NCBI GenBank assembly: GCA_050304475.1
Contig: JBNLDQ010000009.1
Coordinates: 236,360 to 300,359 of the forward strand
Direction: 5' to 3'
Length of the DNA: 64,000 nucleotides
Source: Turneriellaceae bacterium
Lineage (GTDB): Bacteria; Spirochaetota; Leptospiria; Turneriellales; JAOUFE01
Shown here piece after piece: positions 19,050 through 26,943 of the stretch. Numbering within the stretch: position 1 is the first letter of the stretch; each line of letters starts with the position of its first letter. Position numbers and translations under genes: made by a program. Below the pieces are notes generated by a model. The model saw nothing but the letters and a program-made list of their open reading frames with translations, was not told the origin of the DNA and did not search any database.

Positions 19050-19762
19050 TATGGTACCGTAACAGGCGCCGGCCCGCTAACGGATTCTCCGGAGGTAAAT
19101 AAGTTATCAAGGTTTGCGTCTTGTATGCAGGTTTCATTATAACTGCCTGAGGGCAAGTAGGCCGGCGCCGTCGCCCCACCTTGTTCAACTTTACCGGTAG
19201 GGAACCAATCGTCTAAAAACAAGGTTTCGGAATCGAAAGCGGGGTATTCCGGCAGATTTTTTCTTTGAGAAACACTCCAGGCGGGCATGGCGGAAGGCGA
19301 ATATATACAAACATTGGTCCCGCTCGGGGGAGCGCCTACTAGAGAAGAATAGGCAAGCAGCGTATTTGCCGAATATGCAACGACGGTTTCGGTAAAATCG
19401 CCGGTTATTGCCAGCGTATTTTGAAAAAAACCATAATCGGCAATATCCCAAACGCCGTTTTTATTTTCATCAACGTACAATAAAAACGAAAGAGTAGTTG
19501 TGCCAAGAGCCGCTGTAATGGAAACGAGCAGCCCGCCTTGCAGGTCCGTAAATAACCGAAATTTTTCCGGGTAAGCAGCGGCGCCCTGGTTGTCCCAATA
19601 ACGAATACGAACCGGGGCGTTTGGCGAAAACCCCGAAAGACGGAGGATGACACGGGGCCGGATATCATTGAGTTCGGAATCAAGCGGCGGCGTGGCATCG
19701 TAATAGCAAGAGACTGCGAAAAGCAACGCTAAAACAGCCGGAACAAGCGTGTTAATTTTCAT
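19049..19762 (-). CDS. Lipoprotein of unknown function
   Basis: LLFAVSC lipobox; DENKNGVWD and DANLDNLF Ca-binding-like loops; TAATG overlap with the receptor gene. Confidence 0.7.
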   Translation of the reverse strand: MKINTLVPAVLALLFAVSCYYDATPPLDSELNDIRPRVILRLSGFSPNAPVRIRYWDNQGAAAYPEKFRLFTDLQGGLLVSITAALGTTTLSFLLYVDENKNGVWDIADYGFFQNTLAITGDFTETVVAYSANTLLAYSSLVGAPPSGTNVCIYSPSAMPAWSVSQRKNLPEYPAFDSETLFLDDWFPTGKVEQGGATAPAYLPSGSYNETCIQDANLDNLFTSGESVSGPAPVTVP

Positions 19763-19774
19763 GAACCTGCGGCG

Positions 19775-20629
19775 TTATTTTCCGATTTTCGGTTGCGTAT
19801 AACTGGCTAGAATAATATCAACCTGACCTAGAATGGGCACCTGGGTCCACATCTTCACCGGGATAAAATCTTCATCATCGGTAATATAAAGATCAATTGT
19901 GCTGGATGTCGTGAAAAACATATCGCCGCCTTCCACTTTTTCGTTGATCCCGCGAAGACCGGTACGCACATGGAAAACCTTTTTCTTGCCGCCTAATGCC
20001 GGGACGTCAATTGTCAGTTTGTCCATAATTTTCATGACCATGATTTTTTTCGTGCCCGCCGGCAATACTTTGATTTCGTTTACGTCGCCCACCTTGGGAA
20101 CCTGCCCGCTGGTGCGCATCCAGTAAAAAACGCCTAGAAGGTCATGATAATCGGTTAGTTTTAAATAGTATTCTTTCGATTCGGTTTTTTGTATCGGCCC
20201 TGAATGAGGATATCCGGCTTCCGAAAATGTTTTTTCCAATTTGCTGACAAAAATTTGATCGCTTTCAAAGCGGTACGCCCGGCGCTGGTAGTCAAGCCCC
20301 TGGAAAACATCTTCATAGGCGACATAGGAACTTCTTGTTTGGTAGTTCCATAGCGCCCCGAAAGTTCCTTTGATATAATAAATGCCTTTAATTGCCTCAA
20401 AAGAGTCGACGCTGGCATTGATCTGCAGCAGGTGATCGTTAGCGACAATGGTTCTCATCAAAACCGAGCCCACCACAAAACCTTTGAGTTCAATATTATA
20501 TTTTACAATTTCGTTAAAAAACCCGGGCAACTCTTTGGGGTAAAGGAAAGTTGGCAGTAAAAGAAAAAGCGAAAGAAACGCAACGCGCAACGATTTCGCT
20601 TTCCGGTTTTGAAAGAATGATTTTTCCAT
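19775..20629 (-). CDS. DUF3108-like secreted protein
   Basis: Signal peptide; DLLGVFYWMR, TIDVPA and LYITDDEDFIPVKM...LG motifs. Confidence 0.65.
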   Translation of the reverse strand: MEKSFFQNRKAKSLRVAFLSLFLLLPTFLYPKELPGFFNEIVKYNIELKGFVVGSVLMRTIVANDHLLQINASVDSFEAIKGIYYIKGTFGALWNYQTRSSYVAYEDVFQGLDYQRRAYRFESDQIFVSKLEKTFSEAGYPHSGPIQKTESKEYYLKLTDYHDLLGVFYWMRTSGQVPKVGDVNEIKVLPAGTKKIMVMKIMDKLTIDVPALGGKKKVFHVRTGLRGINEKVEGGDMFFTTSSTIDLYITDDEDFIPVKMWTQVPILGQVDIILASYTQPKIGK

Positions 20630-20678
20630 AACGTGAGTTTTACAAAAACACTCCGCGCGTCCAGTTTTTTTGATAGCG

Positions 20679-22808
20679 TTATTCGCTCAATATTTCCGTT
20701 TTAAACAAATGTTCTTCAAGCTGCTGCGGTGTGTAGAGGGTCGGAACCTGCGGCAGGTTGGCCGTCAATATTTTCCCGTATGATTTTTCAATGATCCGTG
20801 TATCGAGTATTGCAACCATCCCTTTGTCATTTTCATTTCGGATCAGACGCCCGAAGGCCTGGCGCAACATCATACCGGAGCGAGGTAAAGAAAGTTTAAA
20901 AAACGGTTTTTCGTTTTTGCGTTCCATTGCTCGCGAACGGGCAACCAGAATGGGATCATCCGGGGGCGTAAACATAAGCTTCGTGATAATCAGCAGGCGA
21001 AGAGCCCGCCCCACGACGTCAACGCCCTGCCAGTATGAATTGGTACCCAAAAGCACCGAATCGGGCGTTTGCCGGAACCGCTTGAGAGCCTCGGCAGCGC
21101 CAAGATCGCTTTGCGAAAATACGGGAAAACGAACTTCTTCTTCAATAATATCGCCAATTCGGCGGAGCATGTAGTGTGAGGTAAAAAGTACCAGCGCGCC
21201 GCCGCCCGAGAGTTCAATCAAGTCGACAATTTCGGCAGCCATGTTCTCTTCAAACTCCTGTTGGGCTGCCGGCGGCGCGCCCCATTCGGGTGTCTTCAGA
21301 TGGGTGGGGATATAAATGGCTGAATTCGCGGCATAGTCAAACGGAGAGGCGATAAAGTCGGTTTCAATTTCTGCAATATCGAGATGCGACAAAGCTTCGT
21401 CCAGGAACGGTTGCAAATAGCCGTTTTGAAGAAGGTCTCGTTTGCTTTTGGCGCGATAGGGGTGGGGCCAATATCCGATTGTGGCGCTTGTCCAAACTTG
21501 CGGCTCGGTCAATACTGGCGCCAGCTCTTCCCCAATTTGGAGGTTGCAAGCGTGCAAGTAAAATTTCCCTTGTTTTTTTTCACCCCAATAAACGAATTTT
21601 TCGGTGTCAATAGCGCGAAAGTAACTTAAGAATTTAGCTATTTTTCCCAGCGTTTTATAAACGCCATTAAGCTGGTTGATGATGGCGCTGTCTTCGCTTT
21701 CGCCGGCAATATCCTGCAAGTCCGCTGTCATTTTTTCAATGCCCGCTTCAAGCTCACTTGTATCGACAGGCGGTTCACTTTCGAGGATACGGCTCTTGTC
21801 TTCATCAAAACTAAGGTCAAGTTGAACTTCCCAATTTGAGAAAAAAAGAGTCCAGTTGTGTTCGCACTTTTTCCAATGCTCTTCCCACTCCTCCAAAGCT
21901 TCAGGCGGAAGCGCCGGTTTCAGAGCGCGGTCGTATTTTTTTTTCAGGTCGGCTAGCGTTTCGGGGGTATAGGTAAACGTATAGATAGAATGAGCTGTTG
22001 AAAGAAATCCGTGAGCTTCATCAAAAATAACATAACCGTAGGGAGGCAATGTCCGTTTGTCATTCAATAGATTATAGAGCGCCAAGTGGTGGTTGATCAC
22101 GAGCAGACGGCTTTTTTCCCATTCGCTTTTGGCGCGATAATAGTTGCAATGTGAAAAATAAGAACACCGGTTTGAGGGGCATCCGTCGGGATCCCGGCTT
22201 ACGAGGCTCCAGAAACCGCCCGGAAAGGGATTGGCCAATTCAAAGATATGTCCAAAGTATTTGCCGTCAAAGACATTGGCGGACCAATTGCGGTATTCTT
22301 TTTCACGCTCATTGCTCAAGAGATCGCGATAATTTCCCGTAAGAAACGCTTCATCGTGACGCAGGCGGCAAAGGTAATTTCCGCTTCCCAAGGCTAGTTC
22401 GTAATGCAAGTCGGGAGCCAGCACCTGCTGCAAAGCCGGGAGGTCTTTTTCCATTAATTGAATTTGCAGGTTCTTTGTTTCGGTAGAAATAAGCGCTCGC
22501 TCTCCCCGGATATAAGAAGCGGCGATTGCTGCAATGAGATAAGCGAATGATTTTCCAATCCCGGTTCCGGCTTCAATAACAAGTGTTTTTTCTTTCAGGA
22601 GGCAGTCGAGAATGCGGCAGGCCATACGAATCTGCGATTTTCTTTCCTGGTAAGCGTCATGGTGTTCGCTAATTATGTTGAAAGCCGATTCAATGACTCC
22701 CTGGATCTGAGAGGTCGACGGGGTATACGAATACGGAGCGTCTGTATTATACCATGGCGGCCAGCCCGCTTCAAAGGCAACGGAATCTTTTTCTGAATGG
22801 TGCTCCAT
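20679..22808 (-). CDS. dinG: ATP-dependent DNA helicase, DinG/YoaA family
   Basis: EAGTGIGKS, Fe-S cysteines (YLC...CPSNRC...C), DEAH, TSAT, LVLFTS, WQGVDV, QAFGRLIR. Confidence 0.9.
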   Translation of the reverse strand: MEHHSEKDSVAFEAGWPPWYNTDAPYSYTPSTSQIQGVIESAFNIISEHHDAYQERKSQIRMACRILDCLLKEKTLVIEAGTGIGKSFAYLIAAIAASYIRGERALISTETKNLQIQLMEKDLPALQQVLAPDLHYELALGSGNYLCRLRHDEAFLTGNYRDLLSNEREKEYRNWSANVFDGKYFGHIFELANPFPGGFWSLVSRDPDGCPSNRCSYFSHCNYYRAKSEWEKSRLLVINHHLALYNLLNDKRTLPPYGYVIFDEAHGFLSTAHSIYTFTYTPETLADLKKKYDRALKPALPPEALEEWEEHWKKCEHNWTLFFSNWEVQLDLSFDEDKSRILESEPPVDTSELEAGIEKMTADLQDIAGESEDSAIINQLNGVYKTLGKIAKFLSYFRAIDTEKFVYWGEKKQGKFYLHACNLQIGEELAPVLTEPQVWTSATIGYWPHPYRAKSKRDLLQNGYLQPFLDEALSHLDIAEIETDFIASPFDYAANSAIYIPTHLKTPEWGAPPAAQQEFEENMAAEIVDLIELSGGGALVLFTSHYMLRRIGDIIEEEVRFPVFSQSDLGAAEALKRFRQTPDSVLLGTNSYWQGVDVVGRALRLLIITKLMFTPPDDPILVARSRAMERKNEKPFFKLSLPRSGMMLRQAFGRLIRNENDKGMVAILDTRIIEKSYGKILTANLPQVPTLYTPQQLEEHLFKTEILSE

Positions 22809-22812
22809 TGGT

Positions 22813-23253
22813 TTAATTTCTGTTTGCCAAAGTTAGAGCCTGGTTGGCCAGATAGTCTGCAATTTGGTTGTTTTCACGCCTGACATGGGTAAAACGATAG
22901 CGATTTCCCGAGCAAAGCTCTTTCACTCTCAAATACAAAGGTTTTAACCTTTCGTTTTTCACTTTATATTGCCCATTGACCTGACGAACAACCAATTCCG
23001 AATCCATATATATTTCCGCTTCTTTAATCTCTTCCTGATTTAATTTTTCCAATGACTCAATCAGCGAAAGATACTCAGCTTCATTATTGGTTTTTTGCCC
23101 AATCGCTTTGCTAATTTGAAACAAGGCTTGGGGAGCTTGTTTAAATTCCGTTAAATTTTGCGGCTGCCCTTTGAAGCAGACAGCGCCTATGGATGCCGGG
23201 CCGGGATTTCCTTTGGAAGCTCCGTCGCAATAAACGCAAACAATCGGGTTCAT
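22813..23253 (-). CDS. rnhA: Ribonuclease HI (archaeal/actinobacterial-like subtype)
   Basis: YCDGASKGNPGPA, TNNEAEY, MDSELVVRQVNG, HVRRENNQIADYLAN; ATGA overlap with the upstream gene. Confidence 0.9.
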   Translation of the reverse strand: MNPIVCVYCDGASKGNPGPASIGAVCFKGQPQNLTEFKQAPQALFQISKAIGQKTNNEAEYLSLIESLEKLNQEEIKEAEIYMDSELVVRQVNGQYKVKNERLKPLYLRVKELCSGNRYRFTHVRRENNQIADYLANQALTLANRN

Positions 23254-24260
23254 AAGACGCACCTGTAACCGCGATTTCCGGATGTTTTCATCGGTATTGA
23301 TTCCTCGCAGCCGGTTTTTACATAAGTGCATCGTGTGCGAAAAGCGCAACCTGTCGGAATTTCGTCCAGAGATGGCACGCTCCCCTGGATAGGTTGGAGC
23401 CGCTGTGCAACGCCGGTTGATTTTTTTGATTTGCCGGGCGGTTTTCCGCCGGCGGATTTTGTAAAGGCCATGGAGGGCAGCGAATTTAATAAACCTTGCG
23501 TATAAGGGTGTTTACCCCGGTTTAGAATATCTTCTGTCGGACCATATTCAACAATTTTACCGGCATACATGATTGCCGCCCGATCTGCAAGTTGAGATAC
23601 GGTACCCAGATCATGCGTGATGAGCAAAACCGACATCTTATTTTTAGCGCTCAGCTTTTTGATCAAGGCAAGAATTTGGGCTTGGATCGTTACATCAAGA
23701 GCGGTTGTGGGCTCGTCGGCAATAAGCAACGAAGGGTTGCCGGCCAGAGCCATGGCTATCATGGCGCGTTGCCGCATACCTCCGGAAAGTTCAAACGGGT
23801 ATGCATCAATTCGGCTTTCCGGGTGCGGTATCCCGACGTCAGTTAATAGTTCCTGGGCGCGTTTTCGCGCCGAAGTTTTTGTAAAATCACCATGTGTAAC
23901 CAATACTTCAATAATTTGAGATCCGATGGTAAAAACGGGATTCAGAGCGGTCATCGGTTCCTGGAAGATCATTGCCGCTTTGCTTCCCCGAAATGCATTC
24001 AGAGTTTCTTGGTTAAAATTCAGAATATTTTCGCCATTGAATGTGATTTCTCCATTTGTAATTTGAATGGGCGGTTCAATGAGCCGCAGGATACTCATCG
24101 CTGTCAAGGTTTTACCGCACCCTGATTCTCCAACCAAAGCTACGATTTCACCGGGCAAAATATCAAGGTCAACACCCCGGATAGCCGGCAGACTTTGTTG
24201 TTCTTTCTCTATTGCAATCCGGAGATCCCGAATTTTTAAAAGGGGAGTTGCTGGGCTCAC
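23250..24260 (-). CDS. oppD: Oligopeptide/dipeptide ABC transporter ATP-binding protein
   Basis: GESGCGKT, FQEPMTALNP, LSGGMRQR, IADEPTTALD and C-terminal GCAFRTRC. Confidence 0.88.
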   Translation of the reverse strand: MSPATPLLKIRDLRIAIEKEQQSLPAIRGVDLDILPGEIVALVGESGCGKTLTAMSILRLIEPPIQITNGEITFNGENILNFNQETLNAFRGSKAAMIFQEPMTALNPVFTIGSQIIEVLVTHGDFTKTSARKRAQELLTDVGIPHPESRIDAYPFELSGGMRQRAMIAMALAGNPSLLIADEPTTALDVTIQAQILALIKKLSAKNKMSVLLITHDLGTVSQLADRAAIMYAGKIVEYGPTEDILNRGKHPYTQGLLNSLPSMAFTKSAGGKPPGKSKKSTGVAQRLQPIQGSVPSLDEIPTGCAFRTRCTYVKTGCEESIPMKTSGNRGYRCVL

Positions 24261-24336
24261 ATCTCAAGCTGGCAGGAGGGAAGTCGCCGTAAAGCAAAAA
24301 CTTGTTTGGCAATTTTACCGGAAAATCGGATTGAAG

Positions 24337-24918
24337 TTACTGCCACAAAAGGCGGAATATCTTATTCGCCCACCCCTTCCATTGCAAGTGAGGTCGTTTG
24401 CCTTCGGGTAAGGGCTCAAACGGTATTTTTTTATACAAAGCAGTCTGCGTATACTCTTGGTATAAGTTCGGGTAATATCGCGTTTCCAGGGTAAGGTTTC
24501 CTTTAAATAAAAAGGCAATGGAGTTTAAGACTTTTTTTTCTTCTTTTGAAAAAATTTCTACCGGAGGTTTTACCGTGCTGTGAAAGGACATTCCTTTTAA
24601 GACCATAATTTCTTCGTCGCCATTTTTTTCTTTTTCCAGCTGCGGGATCACTTCAACTTCCCCGTTCATAACCATATCGTGCATAATTTCATTAAAAAGC
24701 AATGGTTGAGGGCTCCCTTCAATATGCAGATAGTCAAACTCGGTAATGGTGCGCGAATACTTTTGAAAGTAGTGACCATCCGCATAGTAAAGGTGTTTGC
24801 ATAACGTAATACGATTGAGTTTGCCGGGAATTTTATGAATAAAAAATAAAATAGCGGCGCGCAATTTTGGCGCGGCGTTTTCTTCATTCAATGATTTCTG
24901 CTTTTCCGTTTCAGCCAT
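24337..24918 (-). CDS. Panacea (DUF4065/SocA-like antitoxin) domain protein
   Basis: KL..AILFF, LNRITLCKHLYYADG.YFQKY.RTIT..DY...GSPQP and FSKEEKKVL pattern. Confidence 0.7.
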   Translation of the reverse strand: MAETEKQKSLNEENAAPKLRAAILFFIHKIPGKLNRITLCKHLYYADGHYFQKYSRTITEFDYLHIEGSPQPLLFNEIMHDMVMNGEVEVIPQLEKEKNGDEEIMVLKGMSFHSTVKPPVEIFSKEEKKVLNSIAFLFKGNLTLETRYYPNLYQEYTQTALYKKIPFEPLPEGKRPHLQWKGWANKIFRLLWQ

Positions 24919-24934
24919 GTGGGGAGTGTGCCAT

Positions 24935-25549
24935 GTGCAATTTAATTATGAATTTCTTGGACTCATTCCATTGGAAATGTCCTTGAAGATAATGGAAGAA
25001 AAGTTGAGCGCCGCTGTACAGCAAAAAAAAGGTTTTATTTTTGGACAAGAACATCCATTGGTGTACACAGCCGGGATCAAAACAAAAAGCGTTCACATTC
25101 TAAAAGAAATTCCGGTTAAAAAATTGCGGCGCGGCGGATCGGTTACTTTACACAACCCCGGGCAACTGGTTTTCTACACTGTTGTACCGTTAGCAGAAAT
25201 GACATGCGGATTAAAAGGTTATATTCGTTTTCTGGAGAATATAGGCATTTTACTATTTAAACGTTTTGGGCTTGAAACGTTAGGCAGTCAACAACACACC
25301 GGCATTTGGACGAAGCATGGAAAAATCGGGTTCATTGGACTAGGCGCGCGGCGCGGCGCAGTTTACCATGGTATGGCTTTAAATATTTACAACGACTTAG
25401 CCGATTATGATCCCATTTTAAGTTGCGGATTGACTGAACCAATAACCCGTCTAATTGATGAAGTCCAATTTTCGCGTAAACCGTTATCAAGCATTTCAGA
25501 TGATTTATTTGAAATTTATCAATTAAATGCCACTCAAATATTTAGCTGA
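24935..25549 (+). CDS. lipB: Lipoyl(octanoyl) transferase
   Basis: EHPLVYTAG, RRGGSVTLHNPGQLVFY, KIGFIG, HGMALN and SCGL; GTG start at 24935 follows GGGGAG. Confidence 0.9.
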   Translation: MQFNYEFLGLIPLEMSLKIMEEKLSAAVQQKKGFIFGQEHPLVYTAGIKTKSVHILKEIPVKKLRRGGSVTLHNPGQLVFYTVVPLAEMTCGLKGYIRFLENIGILLFKRFGLETLGSQQHTGIWTKHGKIGFIGLGARRGAVYHGMALNIYNDLADYDPILSCGLTEPITRLIDEVQFSRKPLSSISDDLFEIYQLNATQIFS

Positions 25550-25610
25550 GAAACGAAAGAAAAGCGCAATAAATCGCTAAAAATCAAACGGCTGGCCCTA
25601 TTCATAAGGC

Positions 25611-26174
25611 ATGGTTAATCGTAACATTTATCTGTTAAAGCATAGCGTTAGTCCAAATTGTATTCTTGAAATTCGAATTTCACAGGCTGTTTGGGACAAA
25701 GTGACTCATATTGCCGCCATGAAAAACACGTCGTACTCTTGGGTGGTTCGGTATTGTCTTTTCCGTTTAATAAAAAGACGTAATCCATTCAGATATATTT
25801 GTTCTCCTGTTTATTATCGAGACCGAAGAATAGTAAAAATGCATCATTACGATATCGCGGAAAAACATGCAAAAGCACATTTAGCTTGTTCAAATTTACA
25901 CCGTCATCGTTTGTGTTTATATGGTAGCGATGAGTTTTACATCCGGTCGGTCGCCAGTTCTTTGGGGTGTACGATTACCCATTTAGTCCGCCTTGCTTTG
26001 GAATGGAATCTTGATCGTTTAATGAATTCAATAAAAGACGGCAGGTCGAGGTTTCACTCTCTATCTTTTTACTGGCTTGGTATCAAGCTGTTTTTTGTTG
26101 TGGAAAACCACACCCATAACGAACATTATTCTACAATACACCTTAAACGATACCAAAAAAACCAATACTGGTAA
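25611..26174 (+). CDS. Hypothetical basic protein with two ribbon-helix-helix-like segments (DUF1564-like)
   Basis: IRISQAVWDKVTHIAAMKNTSYSWVVRYCL and RLCLYGSDEFYIRSVASSLGCTITHLVRLAL both fit an RHH pattern; the DNA is AT-rich. Confidence 0.5.
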   Translation: MVNRNIYLLKHSVSPNCILEIRISQAVWDKVTHIAAMKNTSYSWVVRYCLFRLIKRRNPFRYICSPVYYRDRRIVKMHHYDIAEKHAKAHLACSNLHRHRLCLYGSDEFYIRSVASSLGCTITHLVRLALEWNLDRLMNSIKDGRSRFHSLSFYWLGIKLFFVVENHTHNEHYSTIHLKRYQKNQYW

Positions 26175-26229
26175 CTCGTGCAAAATAAAAAATCATTTTC
26201 AAACTATCAAATAAAATAAAGCTAATGTA

Positions 26230-26928
26230 ATGAACCTGCAAGTTATCCCAACCGGACCGCTAGGTGTAAACACATCAATCATAATAAATCGAAAAACCGG
26301 AGAAGCCTTTTTTATCGACCCCGGCGGGGATACCGACCTCCTCTCTAAAATTTTGGAAAAAGAGAAAGCCAAACTAGTCGGAATTTTACATACACATGCA
26401 CATTTTGACCATATCTGGGGTACGGTAAACCTTACAGAAAAATGGCAAAACTCTTCGCCCAAAATGATGATCGCCTTAGGAGAGGAAGATAGGTTCCTAT
26501 ATGAAAATGTATCGATGCAAGCCGCGAATTTTGGATTTGACCTTGATGTAAAATTACCTGAGATCAACCTGTGGTATGAAGAAGGAAAAAATATCAAACT
26601 AGCCGGTATAGAACTGCAAGTACTTCATACGCCTGGACATTCTCCCGGTTCTTACAGCTTTTACTGGGAGCCGCCAGCATCAAACATCAGCAAGAAAAAA
26701 GAAAATGAAAAAACAAATGGTATTGTGTTTACCGGTGACGCTCTTTTCAAAGGTTCGATCGGAAGAACAGATCTATGGAAAGGAAGCCTTGAAACATTAT
26801 TAGCATCCATTCAAAACAAACTCCTGACACTTCCGGGAAATACCCGAATTATCCCCGGACACGGCCCTGAAAGCACAATTGAAAAAGAGAAAAACGAAAA
26901 CCCTTTCCTTGCCGTGAATGGTATTTGA
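26230..26928 (+). CDS. MBL-fold metallo-hydrolase (glyoxalase II/YcbL-like)
   Basis: THAHFDH, HTPGHSPG, FTGDALFKGSIGRTD and PGHG. Confidence 0.9.
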   Translation: MNLQVIPTGPLGVNTSIIINRKTGEAFFIDPGGDTDLLSKILEKEKAKLVGILHTHAHFDHIWGTVNLTEKWQNSSPKMMIALGEEDRFLYENVSMQAANFGFDLDVKLPEINLWYEEGKNIKLAGIELQVLHTPGHSPGSYSFYWEPPASNISKKKENEKTNGIVFTGDALFKGSIGRTDLWKGSLETLLASIQNKLLTLPGNTRIIPGHGPESTIEKEKNENPFLAVNGI

Positions 26929-26943
26929 TCCATATACATTTTC

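Noticed and set aside
24306-24518. Short ORFs as the Panacea cognate toxin
   Set aside because: They overlap the Panacea gene in other frames and have no toxin features.
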